In this document: positions 17,149-26,214 of the stretch, piece by piece
Position numbering within the stretch: position 1 is the first letter of the stretch
Layout of the letters: every line of letters starts with the position of its first letter
Source: Candidatus Nomurabacteria bacterium
GTDB taxonomy: Bacteria; Patescibacteriota; Minisyncoccia; Phycocordibacterales; UBA918
Length of the DNA: 64,000 bases
Assembly: GCA_020631995.1 (NCBI GenBank)
Contig: JACKGJ010000002.1
Span: 90,773 to 154,772 of the forward strand
Reading direction: 5' to 3'
Position numbers and translations under genes: made by a program
The notes under the pieces: generated by a model
Told to the model about the DNA's origin: nothing
What the model saw: the letters and a program-made list of their open reading frames with translations, nothing else
The model's database searches: none

Positions 17149-17619
17149 CTATGCAACTTTTACCACTTTGTAGTTTTGTTTACCTGACGGTGTGTCAAAG
17201 TTGAATGCATCACCGGTAGCTTTCCCCATCAATGCCTCTCCAAGTGGAGAAAGGTATGAAAGTTTGTGGTCGTGGATGTTGGCTTCTTCGGTTCCCACAA
17301 TAGTGTATGTACGTTCCTCTTTGCCACCATCCTTCTTAATGGTAACTGTGCTACCTAGGCCCACAATGTCACCTTTTTTGTCGTGAGCAACTATCTTGGC
17401 TTCTTTAATGACTTGTTCTAGGTGACCAATACGCTCTTCGATAGTAGCCTGCATATCGCGTGCTTCTTGATACTCAGCGTTTTCTGAGAGGTCTCCAAGA
17501 CTACGAGCGTATTCTAGAGCCTCGGCCACTTCACGACGACGGACTGTCTTCAAGTGTTCTAACTCCTTTTTTAATTCTTCGAACTTCTGAGGGGTCAGAT
17601 ATGCTTGTGTGTCATTCAT
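17149..17619 (-). CDS. greA: Transcription elongation factor GreA
   Basis: LTPQKFEELKKELEHLK...SENAEYQEARD coiled-coil plus a C-terminal FKBP-like domain. An ATG at 17617-17619 or a GTG at 17640 are both possible starts. Confidence 0.9.
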   Translation of the reverse strand: MNDTQAYLTPQKFEELKKELEHLKTVRRREVAEALEYARSLGDLSENAEYQEARDMQATIEERIGHLEQVIKEAKIVAHDKKGDIVGLGSTVTIKKDGGKEERTYTIVGTEEANIHDHKLSYLSPLGEALMGKATGDAFNFDTPSGKQNYKVVKVA

Positions 17620-17812
17620 ATTGTACAAATTTGATTTCACGCAATTATACTTGGAATAGAGATTAAATCAAATCTGAGAATTTTATTCCATCAAAAGTTA
17701 GAGTCATCCTGAAAATAGATGAGATACAAGGCGCGAGTGAAGCCCGAACCGAGTCGTACGAAAATGTACGGTGAGGGAGGAATGGAACGAGCAACGCAGT
17801 AGCTCGCTATTT

Positions 17813-19525
17813 TCAGTATGGCTCCAAGTACTCAGGACGATTTACTTTCATCCAATCAAATACGTCCCTCATTACCCAGCTGGCGCCGAGTGAATTGGTT
17901 CTAGGTGCTCTCTCCATTAGTAGTATGAAAGCGTACTTTGGCTTGTCGTATGGCCAGTAACCTGCAACCCAAGAGTTAACATGTTCATTATCGTTTCCAA
18001 GCTCCGCCGTACCCGACTTGCCAGCAATCGAGACATACTTTAAATCAAGTCCACGCACTGTACCCCCGTCCACAGTAACGGCCATACGCATTCCCTCATG
18101 CACTACGTTTAAATATGATTGATTTAAGTTTAGGTCAATGCTCTTAGTCTTAGTGTCTTTAACTAGTGTTGGTGTGACTAGCTTCCCGCCGTTAGCGAGC
18201 GCTGCATAAGCACGGAGCATTTGCAGAGGAGTGATTAAGAAACCAAACTGACCGATGGAAGTATGGTAAGTGTTTCCGAGTCGCCATTCTTCATCAAAAG
18301 TCTCTTCCTTCCACTCTGGTGTTGGGATTAATCCAGCTTGTTCCCCGGGGAAATTGACGCCAGTTTTTTCTCCTAGGCCAAACAACTTCATATATTCATC
18401 AATGCGCGCAATGCCGAGTCCTGTAAAGGTATCCATTCCGGCCTGAGGAGCCGCTATGGCAGGGAGTCCTCCCCCAATGATATAGAAATAGACATCGGAA
18501 GAATAAGCGATAGCCGTTTTCATATCAGTAGCACCGTGCGCGCGCCAGTCTCCGAAGCGAGTAGGTTGGTCAGGATTGTATGGGTTAGGGATGATGAGCT
18601 CTCCGTTTGAGGTTATTTTTCTTCCTGATGAGATTACTCCTGCATCAAGTGCTGCATAGGCCATAAATGGCTTTACTATAGACCCTGGAGTATAAGCACC
18701 TCCTGCAACTTTATTTAAGAAAGGAAAGCGGTCGTCGTTATTGTAGCTTTCAATTAATTCCACATCACTACCATTAGCCATTACTTCAGGATCATATGAA
18801 GGAAAACTAGTCATAGCGATTATTTCACCAGTCTCCACATCCATAATGGCACCGGCACCACTACGGAAACCTGCTTTTTCGGTCGAAGTAGATATGATGT
18901 TGTACATTGCCTCTGAAAGGGCGGCATCGACTGATGTGGTGAAGGAGTGTCCGGCACTTGGTCGTTCCACAGTTAGGGATGAGATGACGTCATTGCCCAC
19001 ATTAATTTCAATTATTTGACGACCATTTGTTCCATGAAGCACTTCTTCATAGGCGCTTTCAAGACCAGTTCGTCCTAGATAGTCGGTACGATAGTAGAAA
19101 CCATTTTTATCTCTCTGCGGATAACTCACATAACCGAGTAGTTGGCCCAAGCCCGCTCGGTCACTGTATGCGCGTAGTGGGAAGCCACGGGACCCACCGT
19201 AGTCTGTACCGTTCCAAGCAAGCATCTCTCCGTTGCGGTCGTAGATAACACCTCTCTCTGCGATTATTAGCGATTCGTAGAGACTATTGCTGTCACTACG
19301 TTCACGATATTCAGCCCCTTTAACTATCTGCAGGTTCACTAATTGTCCAAAAAACACCAAGGATATCAACAAGAAAATACCACCTACCATTAATACTCCC
19401 CGCTTCTTGATAGGGAGTTCGATACGACCCTCTAGTCTTTCTTTGTTGAAAGCAGGAAGGTTAGACGAATCCATAAAGATTTCGTCAAACTCCACTAGAG
19501 GCTTTGATTTTCTCCTAAACCACAT
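17813..19525 (-). CDS. mrdA: Penicillin-binding protein 2 (elongasome transpeptidase)
   Basis: 570 aa with an N-terminal TM. Motifs SIVK (SxxK) and KSGTA. Located directly downstream of mreBCD. Confidence 0.85.
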   Translation of the reverse strand: MWFRRKSKPLVEFDEIFMDSSNLPAFNKERLEGRIELPIKKRGVLMVGGIFLLISLVFFGQLVNLQIVKGAEYRERSDSNSLYESLIIAERGVIYDRNGEMLAWNGTDYGGSRGFPLRAYSDRAGLGQLLGYVSYPQRDKNGFYYRTDYLGRTGLESAYEEVLHGTNGRQIIEINVGNDVISSLTVERPSAGHSFTTSVDAALSEAMYNIISTSTEKAGFRSGAGAIMDVETGEIIAMTSFPSYDPEVMANGSDVELIESYNNDDRFPFLNKVAGGAYTPGSIVKPFMAYAALDAGVISSGRKITSNGELIIPNPYNPDQPTRFGDWRAHGATDMKTAIAYSSDVYFYIIGGGLPAIAAPQAGMDTFTGLGIARIDEYMKLFGLGEKTGVNFPGEQAGLIPTPEWKEETFDEEWRLGNTYHTSIGQFGFLITPLQMLRAYAALANGGKLVTPTLVKDTKTKSIDLNLNQSYLNVVHEGMRMAVTVDGGTVRGLDLKYVSIAGKSGTAELGNDNEHVNSWVAGYWPYDKPKYAFILLMERAPRTNSLGASWVMRDVFDWMKVNRPEYLEPY

Positions 19526-19529
19526 CTAC

Positions 19530-19772
19530 CTATTTTAGCATCAGAAAGTGCTTCCCCACTTCAAGAGAAATAATCAGCAAGAAAGCTCCGATCGTGTAAA
19601 GGGGCAGTGAATTTGCTGCGCCAAAATAGACATCTATTAAAAAAGCCAAAGGTAGAATTTCTATTGCAAAGTATCGTATTGCGTAGAATATAGCGAGCGG
19701 AACAAAAATAAGTGGTGTGATAAAAACACTGAGTAGTGAGAGTCCAATGAAATATAGGATGCGGAATGTCAT
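19530..19772 (-). CDS. mreD: MreD-like small polytopic membrane protein
   Basis: 80 aa, all hydrophobic. The start overlaps the mreC stop and it occupies the slot between mreC and mrdA. Positional call. Confidence 0.5.
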   Translation of the reverse strand: MTFRILYFIGLSLLSVFITPLIFVPLAIFYAIRYFAIEILPLAFLIDVYFGAANSLPLYTIGAFLLIISLEVGKHFLMLK

Positions 19773-20686
19773 TATTCAGTTACAGTATTTATCTCAACAT
19801 CTGTCTCTGTGCTGGATTCAGCGTCTACTCCTTCTTGTGTGCTAGTTGCGGTAGAAGTAGAGCTTTGGGCCTCTATCAAGAACTCATCAGGTACATCAAT
19901 AGTCAAAAACTCACGTCTGGTTTCTTCCACCACTTTTCTGGCTTCATTAAATTCCATAACGCTGAGTGGTCTCGTTCCCACCGCCACTACCTTAAGTGAA
20001 CTTATTGGTATGTCGGTCGTTAGGTATCCATACTGTTCTGCTCTCTCTGGTACTGAGTCGACAGCATTCACTGTGCCGTAGAGACCTGGAGACATTGATG
20101 GCAGTACCACCAAGTCCCCAACACTTAAAGTGATTCCTTGCGGGACATGAATGCGTGTGACTCCCCCGCCAATTCCCACTGCCGTGGTGTATATATTTGG
20201 CCCAAAGATGTATGCGGTAGAGGTAAATCCAGGAGTACTAAGGAGTGCTACTAAAGAGCTGTTTTGATAGGTTTCAGCCACAAATCCGATGACGGTATCT
20301 CTACCTATATATATCGGAGTGTCTTTCTTAATACCATCATCACTGCCTTTGTCTATCATTAAAATATCGTACGGTAGTGCACTTGGTCTACCAATAACTC
20401 CGGCGGCGATTCTGGGCTCATCTGATTGTCCTAACACTTCTCTTAAGGAAGTGTTTTCAGCTCTGAGATAGTCTAATTCATTACTCTCCTCGTCACTGAG
20501 TGGGTCCGACTGTCCACGTACTAAATTATTAAGAACAGTTTCGCCCTGGAGTAGTGGTCGGAAAATGGTTTCGGAAACTAGTTCTCCCGGGGTCGGTAAA
20601 AAGCGCCAGAATAAAACCGCTACGACAAAAACTATTGTCGCTACAACTATTCGTCCTTTAATGTTTGAAGTTTGGCGTAATTTCAT
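19772..20686 (-). CDS. mreC: Rod shape-determining protein MreC
   Basis: N-terminal TM, coiled-coil (LDYLRAENTSLREVL) and beta-barrel domains. The ATG at 20684-20686 is preferred over the TTG at 20698. Confidence 0.8.
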   Translation of the reverse strand: MKLRQTSNIKGRIVVATIVFVVAVLFWRFLPTPGELVSETIFRPLLQGETVLNNLVRGQSDPLSDEESNELDYLRAENTSLREVLGQSDEPRIAAGVIGRPSALPYDILMIDKGSDDGIKKDTPIYIGRDTVIGFVAETYQNSSLVALLSTPGFTSTAYIFGPNIYTTAVGIGGGVTRIHVPQGITLSVGDLVVLPSMSPGLYGTVNAVDSVPERAEQYGYLTTDIPISSLKVVAVGTRPLSVMEFNEARKVVEETRREFLTIDVPDEFLIEAQSSTSTATSTQEGVDAESSTETDVEINTVTE

Positions 20687-21731
20687 CGTTTTGGTCAATT
20701 AACATTGGTTCGTAAATTGGTAGATTCTCTAGTACAACCCCGATACCACGAATAACCGCTCGGAGTGGGTCAGCCACAATAATTACCGGCACCCGAATGA
20801 TTGATTCAAGTAGTGGTGCAAAGCCAGGGATAAGGGCTCCACCACCGGAAAGGTAGATTCCCTTCTGCATAATGTCTGACAGTACTTCTGGTGGGGTTTG
20901 CTCGAGAACAGAACGCACTGCTTCAACCACGCCATCAACGAGTGGACTAATAGCCTCTCTGATGTCAGCATCAGTCACTATTACTTCCTTAGGTAGACCA
21001 GTCACCACATCGCGACCGCGTACAATCATTTCCCGTTCTTCACTGTCGCCCTCTACCGCTGCTAGCTTTATCTTGGCTTCTTCAGCGGTTCTCTCCCCTA
21101 CTAACACTTTAAACTGGTCGCGGATATAGGTAACGATGGCGGTGTTGAGATGGTCACCTGCTACTTTGAGATTCTTTGAGGTCACCATACCACCATAAGA
21201 AATAACAGCGATATTGGCTGTACCGCCACCGATATCAATAATCATACTTCCGACTGACTTTGAGATAGGAAGTTTTGCGCCAATAGCGGCAGCCATTGGT
21301 TCTTCAATGAGTAGCACTTCACGAGCGCCAGCATTTTTGGCAGCGTCGCGAGCAGCGCGTGTCTCCACGTTTGTGATTCCACATGGTACGCCGATTAAAA
21401 CTCTTGGTGCAAACAGAGTCTTAGTATCCTGACGCACTTTGTTTATAAAGTATGCCAACATCTCTTCAGTCACTTCAAAGTCGGAGATAACTCCTTCGTT
21501 CAGTGGGCGTACCACTTCGATGTGCGATGGGGTACGTCCGTGCATTGCTTGCGCTGCTTCACCAATAGCGACCAGTTGCCCAGTCTTTTTGTTTATAGCG
21601 ACAATGGTCGGTTCATTTATCACCACTCCTTTGCCACGAACGTAAACCAAGGTAGAAGCTGTTCCAAGGTCAATTCCAATATCTGCCGAGAAGGCAGAGA
21701 GAGCACGATTAAAAAGGCGAGAAATAGCCAT
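20658..21731 (-). CDS. mreB: Rod shape-determining protein MreB
   Basis: Actin/Hsp70-fold phosphate motifs IGIDLGTASTLVY and IIDIGGGTANIAV. 357 aa, followed by mreC. Confidence 0.9.
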   Translation of the reverse strand: MAISRLFNRALSAFSADIGIDLGTASTLVYVRGKGVVINEPTIVAINKKTGQLVAIGEAAQAMHGRTPSHIEVVRPLNEGVISDFEVTEEMLAYFINKVRQDTKTLFAPRVLIGVPCGITNVETRAARDAAKNAGAREVLLIEEPMAAAIGAKLPISKSVGSMIIDIGGGTANIAVISYGGMVTSKNLKVAGDHLNTAIVTYIRDQFKVLVGERTAEEAKIKLAAVEGDSEEREMIVRGRDVVTGLPKEVIVTDADIREAISPLVDGVVEAVRSVLEQTPPEVLSDIMQKGIYLSGGGALIPGFAPLLESIIRVPVIIVADPLRAVIRGIGVVLENLPIYEPMLIDQNDEITPNFKH

Positions 21732-21803
21732 ATTGGTTACATCATACCAGAATTAGCTGGTTTGGCACTTGGTAACTTAAATTCGTTACTTTTAAAATTA
21801 AAT

Positions 21804-21831
21804 AAAAAAGCCGCCCCTTAACAGGGACGGC
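21804..21831 (-). terminator. Rho-independent terminator
   Basis: On the minus strand, GCCGTCCC / GGGGCGGC stem followed by TTTTTT. Confidence 0.6.
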
Positions 21832-21850
21832 ATAGTGACACAAAAACTAA

Positions 21851-22117
21851 TCAGCCTGGAACTTCGCACATAGCGTCGATTTCTTCAGACGTAGGTGGCT
21901 CCTGTTGTTGTGCCGATGACGACTTTTTCGTTACCGACTGTTTCTGTATGGCTGGAAAAATACAATCGCAATTTAGTTCCGGACACTCATCTGCACGAGT
22001 GTCGGGATGGTTCGGACAGTAGCACATGTATAATCCCTCCGTTTCTACTTTTGAAATAGTACCATGTTTATTTTGGTACAGGTGTATGTACTGCGTTAAA
22101 TTTTGATGTCTTGACAT
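21851..22117 (-). CDS. Hypothetical small Cys-rich protein
   Basis: 88 aa from ATG 22115-22117. Motif CYCPNHPDTRADECPELNCDC. Own terminator. No family recognised. Confidence 0.45.
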   Translation of the reverse strand: MSRHQNLTQYIHLYQNKHGTISKVETEGLYMCYCPNHPDTRADECPELNCDCIFPAIQKQSVTKKSSSAQQQEPPTSEEIDAMCEVPG

Positions 22118-22168
22118 CACTACATAGTAGTAGTATATTATTATACAGAAACAACGGAGGGTTATTCA

Positions 22169-22540
22169 GTGATTGATATTGATACGTACCATGGAATCGG
22201 TTATTCTATTAGCAACCGGGCGTCACTCGTGTCTGAACTCAGCAAAAAACTCGCTGAGCAGGACGAGCAGGACCTCAGACTCAAGGAACTTATGCTTAAA
22301 AAAGCTCCTGAGGAGCTACGTGAATGGCTAAATGAAGACGGCATAATGCGCGCCCTTTTCATTTGGGGTCGCTGCGACACTAAGATTAGCTACGATGACG
22401 AATATGGGTTTTCCAATTTGGACGACGTCAAAGCCAAACTTGGAGTGCTTCGCAAAGCTTGGAGGGATATTGTCTACATTAAATTGGACAAGAGTCCTGA
22501 ACCGCATCGTGTCAAAGTCTGGTTCTCAGCCGTATTGTAA
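22169..22540 (+). CDS. Hypothetical protein
   Basis: GTG start with GGAGGG 7 nt upstream, 123 aa. Divergent from the preceding gene. Confidence 0.45.
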   Translation: MIDIDTYHGIGYSISNRASLVSELSKKLAEQDEQDLRLKELMLKKAPEELREWLNEDGIMRALFIWGRCDTKISYDDEYGFSNLDDVKAKLGVLRKAWRDIVYIKLDKSPEPHRVKVWFSAVL

Positions 22541-22614
22541 AATCGCTCAACGGAAGTCTCTCGACTTTGTTGGGCGATTTCTGTCTTAGGCTCGATAAAA
22601 GACCCAATTAATTT

Positions 22615-23880
22615 TTAAGTATTCTCGTCACTATCGAAATCAGCATACAACTCCTCTTCAGTGAGGTGACGGACTTCGCCGGTGGCGCGGGTCACTACTT
22701 CAAACTTCCCTTCTTCCTTAGTCTTTCGGGACACTACCACTCGGTACGGAATACCAATCAGGTCACTGTCGGCAAACTTTTCACCAGCACGTGCGTCACG
22801 GTCATCATAAAGCACTTCTACCCCCTTTTCTTTAAGAGATACGTAAATACCATCGGTAAAATCTTTTACCTCAACGTCATCAGAATTAAGCCCAACTAAG
22901 TGAACCTTGAAAGGTGCAACACTCTCTGGCCACACCATACCTTTCTCATCAGCAAACTTTTCCACCAGTACACCAACTAGTCTCGTGATACCAATACCGT
23001 ATGAACCCATCCAGACGGGAACACTTTCTCCGTTTTGGTCCTTAAATGTTAGCCCTAAGTCTTTAGCTTTTTGTTGACCAAAGTTGAAGATGTTACCCAC
23101 TTCTGCAGTTTTGGTCGCAGTGAGTTCATCTTGAGTTATTCCGAGGGTTTTTAGAGTTTCGTCATTAAGTACCTCTTCGTTAATAGCAATTCCCTTTTCT
23201 TTATTTATATAAGTGATGTCTTCACCAGCTTCGCAGACTGTTTGGAACTCGTGACTGAACTTGGTGAAAGCTCCTCCAGCTGCAAAAGTGACATAAGTAT
23301 CGTCTCCGATACCTAGTCGCTCAAAGACCCGCATATAGGCTGGTTTGGTAGACTCGTAGTAGGCAAGGTGTGTCTCTTCGTCAGCACAGAAAGAGTACAT
23401 ATCTTTCATTATGAATTCACGCCCACGCATTACACCACTTTTAGCACGAGTTTCGTTACGAAGTTTGGTTTGGAATTGATAAACAGATATCGGCATATCT
23501 TTATAACTATCAATATAGTTCTTCATCATTTCACCAATCGGTTCTTCGTGACTCCATCCAAAACCAACCTCACCACCTGCCTTGAGGTTAGATTTGAACC
23601 ATACGTCTACTACTTCGTCATCCCAACGACCAGTTGATTCCCATAGTTCCTTTCGTTGCAGAGAGGTCATTATAAGCTCTTGACCATTTATGGCATTCAT
23701 CTCTTCGCGCACTACTTTCTTTATATTCTCTACAACTCGTAAACCAAGAGGTAGATAAGAGTAAACGCCAGCCATTTCTTTGGCGATAAAGCCAGCCCGC
23801 ATTAAGAGCTGAGCGTTCTTTGCTGTCTCGTCGGCCGGGGCTTCCTTCCGAGTCTTGGTGAAAAGTTGTGATTGTCGCAT
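22615..23880 (-). CDS. proS: Prolyl-tRNA synthetase (short form without the large INS editing domain)
   Basis: MRQSQLFTKTRKEAPADETAKNAQLLMRAGFI N-terminus, class II core and anticodon-binding domain. Only 421 aa. Confidence 0.9.
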   Translation of the reverse strand: MRQSQLFTKTRKEAPADETAKNAQLLMRAGFIAKEMAGVYSYLPLGLRVVENIKKVVREEMNAINGQELIMTSLQRKELWESTGRWDDEVVDVWFKSNLKAGGEVGFGWSHEEPIGEMMKNYIDSYKDMPISVYQFQTKLRNETRAKSGVMRGREFIMKDMYSFCADEETHLAYYESTKPAYMRVFERLGIGDDTYVTFAAGGAFTKFSHEFQTVCEAGEDITYINKEKGIAINEEVLNDETLKTLGITQDELTATKTAEVGNIFNFGQQKAKDLGLTFKDQNGESVPVWMGSYGIGITRLVGVLVEKFADEKGMVWPESVAPFKVHLVGLNSDDVEVKDFTDGIYVSLKEKGVEVLYDDRDARAGEKFADSDLIGIPYRVVVSRKTKEEGKFEVVTRATGEVRHLTEEELYADFDSDENT

Positions 23881-23900
23881 AGGATTAATTTAGCACCCTC

Positions 23901-24986
23901 TTAAAATAGTCGCAAAAGGTCGTTGTACGTTACAGCTACCATCAAGAGTATCAAGAGCGCAAAGCCAGCCAAGTTAACCCGGGCCATCCATTCTGGATTA
24001 ATCGGTCGACGGATGATTGCCTCTGCAATAACAAAGAGCAAACGACCACCATCAAGAGCAGGAATTGGAAGTAGGTTGATGACTGCTAGGTTGAGTGAGA
24101 TAAAGGCGGTGAAAACCATAAGGGTCACAAAACCAAACTCAGCCGCATCCCCCACCATACCAGCAATACCAATTGGTCCCGTTACCTCCTCAATGTTGGC
24201 GGAAAGTGTAAAAGCTGAAGCCAGGAAGGACGATAGTCCGACTGTAATGGCCCAGAGAGAATTTACTGTTCGCAAACTTGCACTAATAAGCGCGTCTATT
24301 GGATCTAATTTCTTATTCTCAACCAGTGCTGTTGCCACACCTACCACTTCTCTGTTTGGTTCTGATTCGATTACGCCAGAACGAGGCTCTATAGTAGCGC
24401 TGCCCAGGTCACCCTTATGGGTGTAGTGAATAGTGACTGGTCCATCTGAGTCATTCACAAAGTTAGTGAAGGCGGTAGGGGTCAGAGTGCCAAGTGACCC
24501 TTGTTCTGTCTGGACCCCAACTACCTTTGCGCCAGACGGGATACCTGCTTCATCGGCTGGTGAGTTAGGTATTGTGCTTGTGATGGTTAGAAACGCTTTA
24601 TCTGTATCGTAGTCGGTTTCGCTCACTGCTGTCGGAGTACCAATCATTGCGACCGTAAAGAAGATAAGCCATGCAATCAGCACGTTCATAGTGACGCCAG
24701 CTAGGAGAACAATGGCTTGGTGTAGTTTAGGGCGATTACCGAAGGCGCGCGCGCTATCACTATTGGATGAATCCCCATTTTCACCAAATATTTTTACATA
24801 ACCCCCAATTGGTATTAGGTTAATGGAATATTCAGTCTCCCCTTTCTTGATTGAGAAGAGTCTCGGTGGAAAACCAATAGCGAACTCATCTACTCGCATT
24901 TTCGCCCACTTGGCAGTCATAAAGTGCCCAAGCTCATGAACGAGAATGAGAAAGAATAGGACCGCTATGAAAAGAATTATTGTCAT
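23901..24986 (-). CDS. rseP: Site-2 protease RseP (M50 family)
   Basis: HELGHF zinc motif in TM1, central PDZ-like region and C-terminal NLLPIPALDGG motif. Confidence 0.85.
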   Translation of the reverse strand: MTIILFIAVLFFLILVHELGHFMTAKWAKMRVDEFAIGFPPRLFSIKKGETEYSINLIPIGGYVKIFGENGDSSNSDSARAFGNRPKLHQAIVLLAGVTMNVLIAWLIFFTVAMIGTPTAVSETDYDTDKAFLTITSTIPNSPADEAGIPSGAKVVGVQTEQGSLGTLTPTAFTNFVNDSDGPVTIHYTHKGDLGSATIEPRSGVIESEPNREVVGVATALVENKKLDPIDALISASLRTVNSLWAITVGLSSFLASAFTLSANIEEVTGPIGIAGMVGDAAEFGFVTLMVFTAFISLNLAVINLLPIPALDGGRLLFVIAEAIIRRPINPEWMARVNLAGFALLILLMVAVTYNDLLRLF

Positions 24987-25039
24987 AAGTTTTAATTACT
25001 AGACTTCTTTAAAGCTAGTATGTCTAGTTTTAAAGAAGT

Positions 25040-25579
25040 CTATTGGCTGATTTCCTTCTCTTTTTCGTTGTAGAGTGCCTCCAGTTTCCTATTAGCTTCA
25101 TCAATTTGCTTTTGCACTTGGTCTTTTTCTCGACGAGCTTCATCCTCACCAATTTCTTTGGCTTTTATTTTGGACTCGATGCTTTTCATTTTCTCGTCAC
25201 GGGCATTCCTTACCCGTACTCGAGCTTCTTCATATTTTTGACCAGCTAGTTTCATTAGAGATGTTCGGCGTTCACCAGTCAGCTCTGGAAAAGTGATACG
25301 TAGTCCAGAAGAGTCAGTCACTACACCGAGTCCAAGGTCAGCATCAAGTATCGCGCGTTCAATTGCCGATACACTATCAGTGTCCCAGGGGGACACACGA
25401 AGGGTGCGAGCGTCTTCAATGCCAACAGAACCTACCTGGTTAATTGGCACCTTAGTCCCGTAACTATCTACTTTTATACTGTCCAAAATACTGGGAGTAG
25501 CTTGGCCAGTTCTGATACCAGAAAATTCCCCTCGGAGCCAGGTGTTCGTCGCTTCTAATTTTTTATTGAAATCATCCAT
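25040..25579 (-). CDS. frr: Ribosome recycling factor
   Basis: 179 aa with FSGIRTGQATPSILD...LTGERRTSLMK, typical of Frr. Confidence 0.9.
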   Translation of the reverse strand: MDDFNKKLEATNTWLRGEFSGIRTGQATPSILDSIKVDSYGTKVPINQVGSVGIEDARTLRVSPWDTDSVSAIERAILDADLGLGVVTDSSGLRITFPELTGERRTSLMKLAGQKYEEARVRVRNARDEKMKSIESKIKAKEIGEDEARREKDQVQKQIDEANRKLEALYNEKEKEISQ

Positions 25580-25611
25580 ATTAAATAAAGTTAAAATTTT
25601 AGTGTAAGGAG

Positions 25612-26202
25612 CTAGGTTTTAAGACTTAAGGCCAGTTCCTCAAGCAACATCTTTCGGGAAGCTCCCCGATTATAAACATATTTTTCGCAGAGCAACAATG
25701 AGCGCTTAGCGTCCGGTGATAATTCTGTGAGATGCTTCTCTCCGAGTTCGCGTACTATTCTACCTAAAGTCTGAGGGTCGTCTTTAGCTAATTTCGCTAT
25801 TGTATCTATACGCTCTTTCACAGATTGTTCAAGAAATTCAGTTGCCGACTTACTTTCTGTAGATGTGTTGCTGGTGACAATGAGGCGGGAACGTAGGGTT
25901 GGAATGAGAATTGATGTGTGAGGGACAATTAGATAGAAGACGGTGTTCTCTGGTGGCTCCTCAAACAATTTTAAAAGAGCGTTTTGAGCTTCGTGAGTTA
26001 ATCCCTTAGCTACAATTACAAATTGGTGGAGTCCGGTCCCAAGCGCCTTCTTGGCACTTTCTTTCACTAACCAACGTGCCTCATCTATGCTGAGATTTTC
26101 GGTGAATAGATGTCGAGTGTCAGTGGTCTCAGACTTTAGCTCCTCTGGCAGTGAGGCGTTTAGAAGAGAGTCGGCTACCAAGAGCTGAGCGTGAGCAATC
26201 AT
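25612..26202 (-). CDS. holB: DNA polymerase III delta-prime-like protein (short)
   Basis: AQNALLKLFEEPPENTVFYLIV and SRL (sensor) motifs of clamp-loader delta-prime. Only 196 aa, with no P-loop. Confidence 0.6.
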   Translation of the reverse strand: MIAHAQLLVADSLLNASLPEELKSETTDTRHLFTENLSIDEARWLVKESAKKALGTGLHQFVIVAKGLTHEAQNALLKLFEEPPENTVFYLIVPHTSILIPTLRSRLIVTSNTSTESKSATEFLEQSVKERIDTIAKLAKDDPQTLGRIVRELGEKHLTELSPDAKRSLLLCEKYVYNRGASRKMLLEELALSLKT

Positions 26203-26214
26203 CTGCTCATTTTA

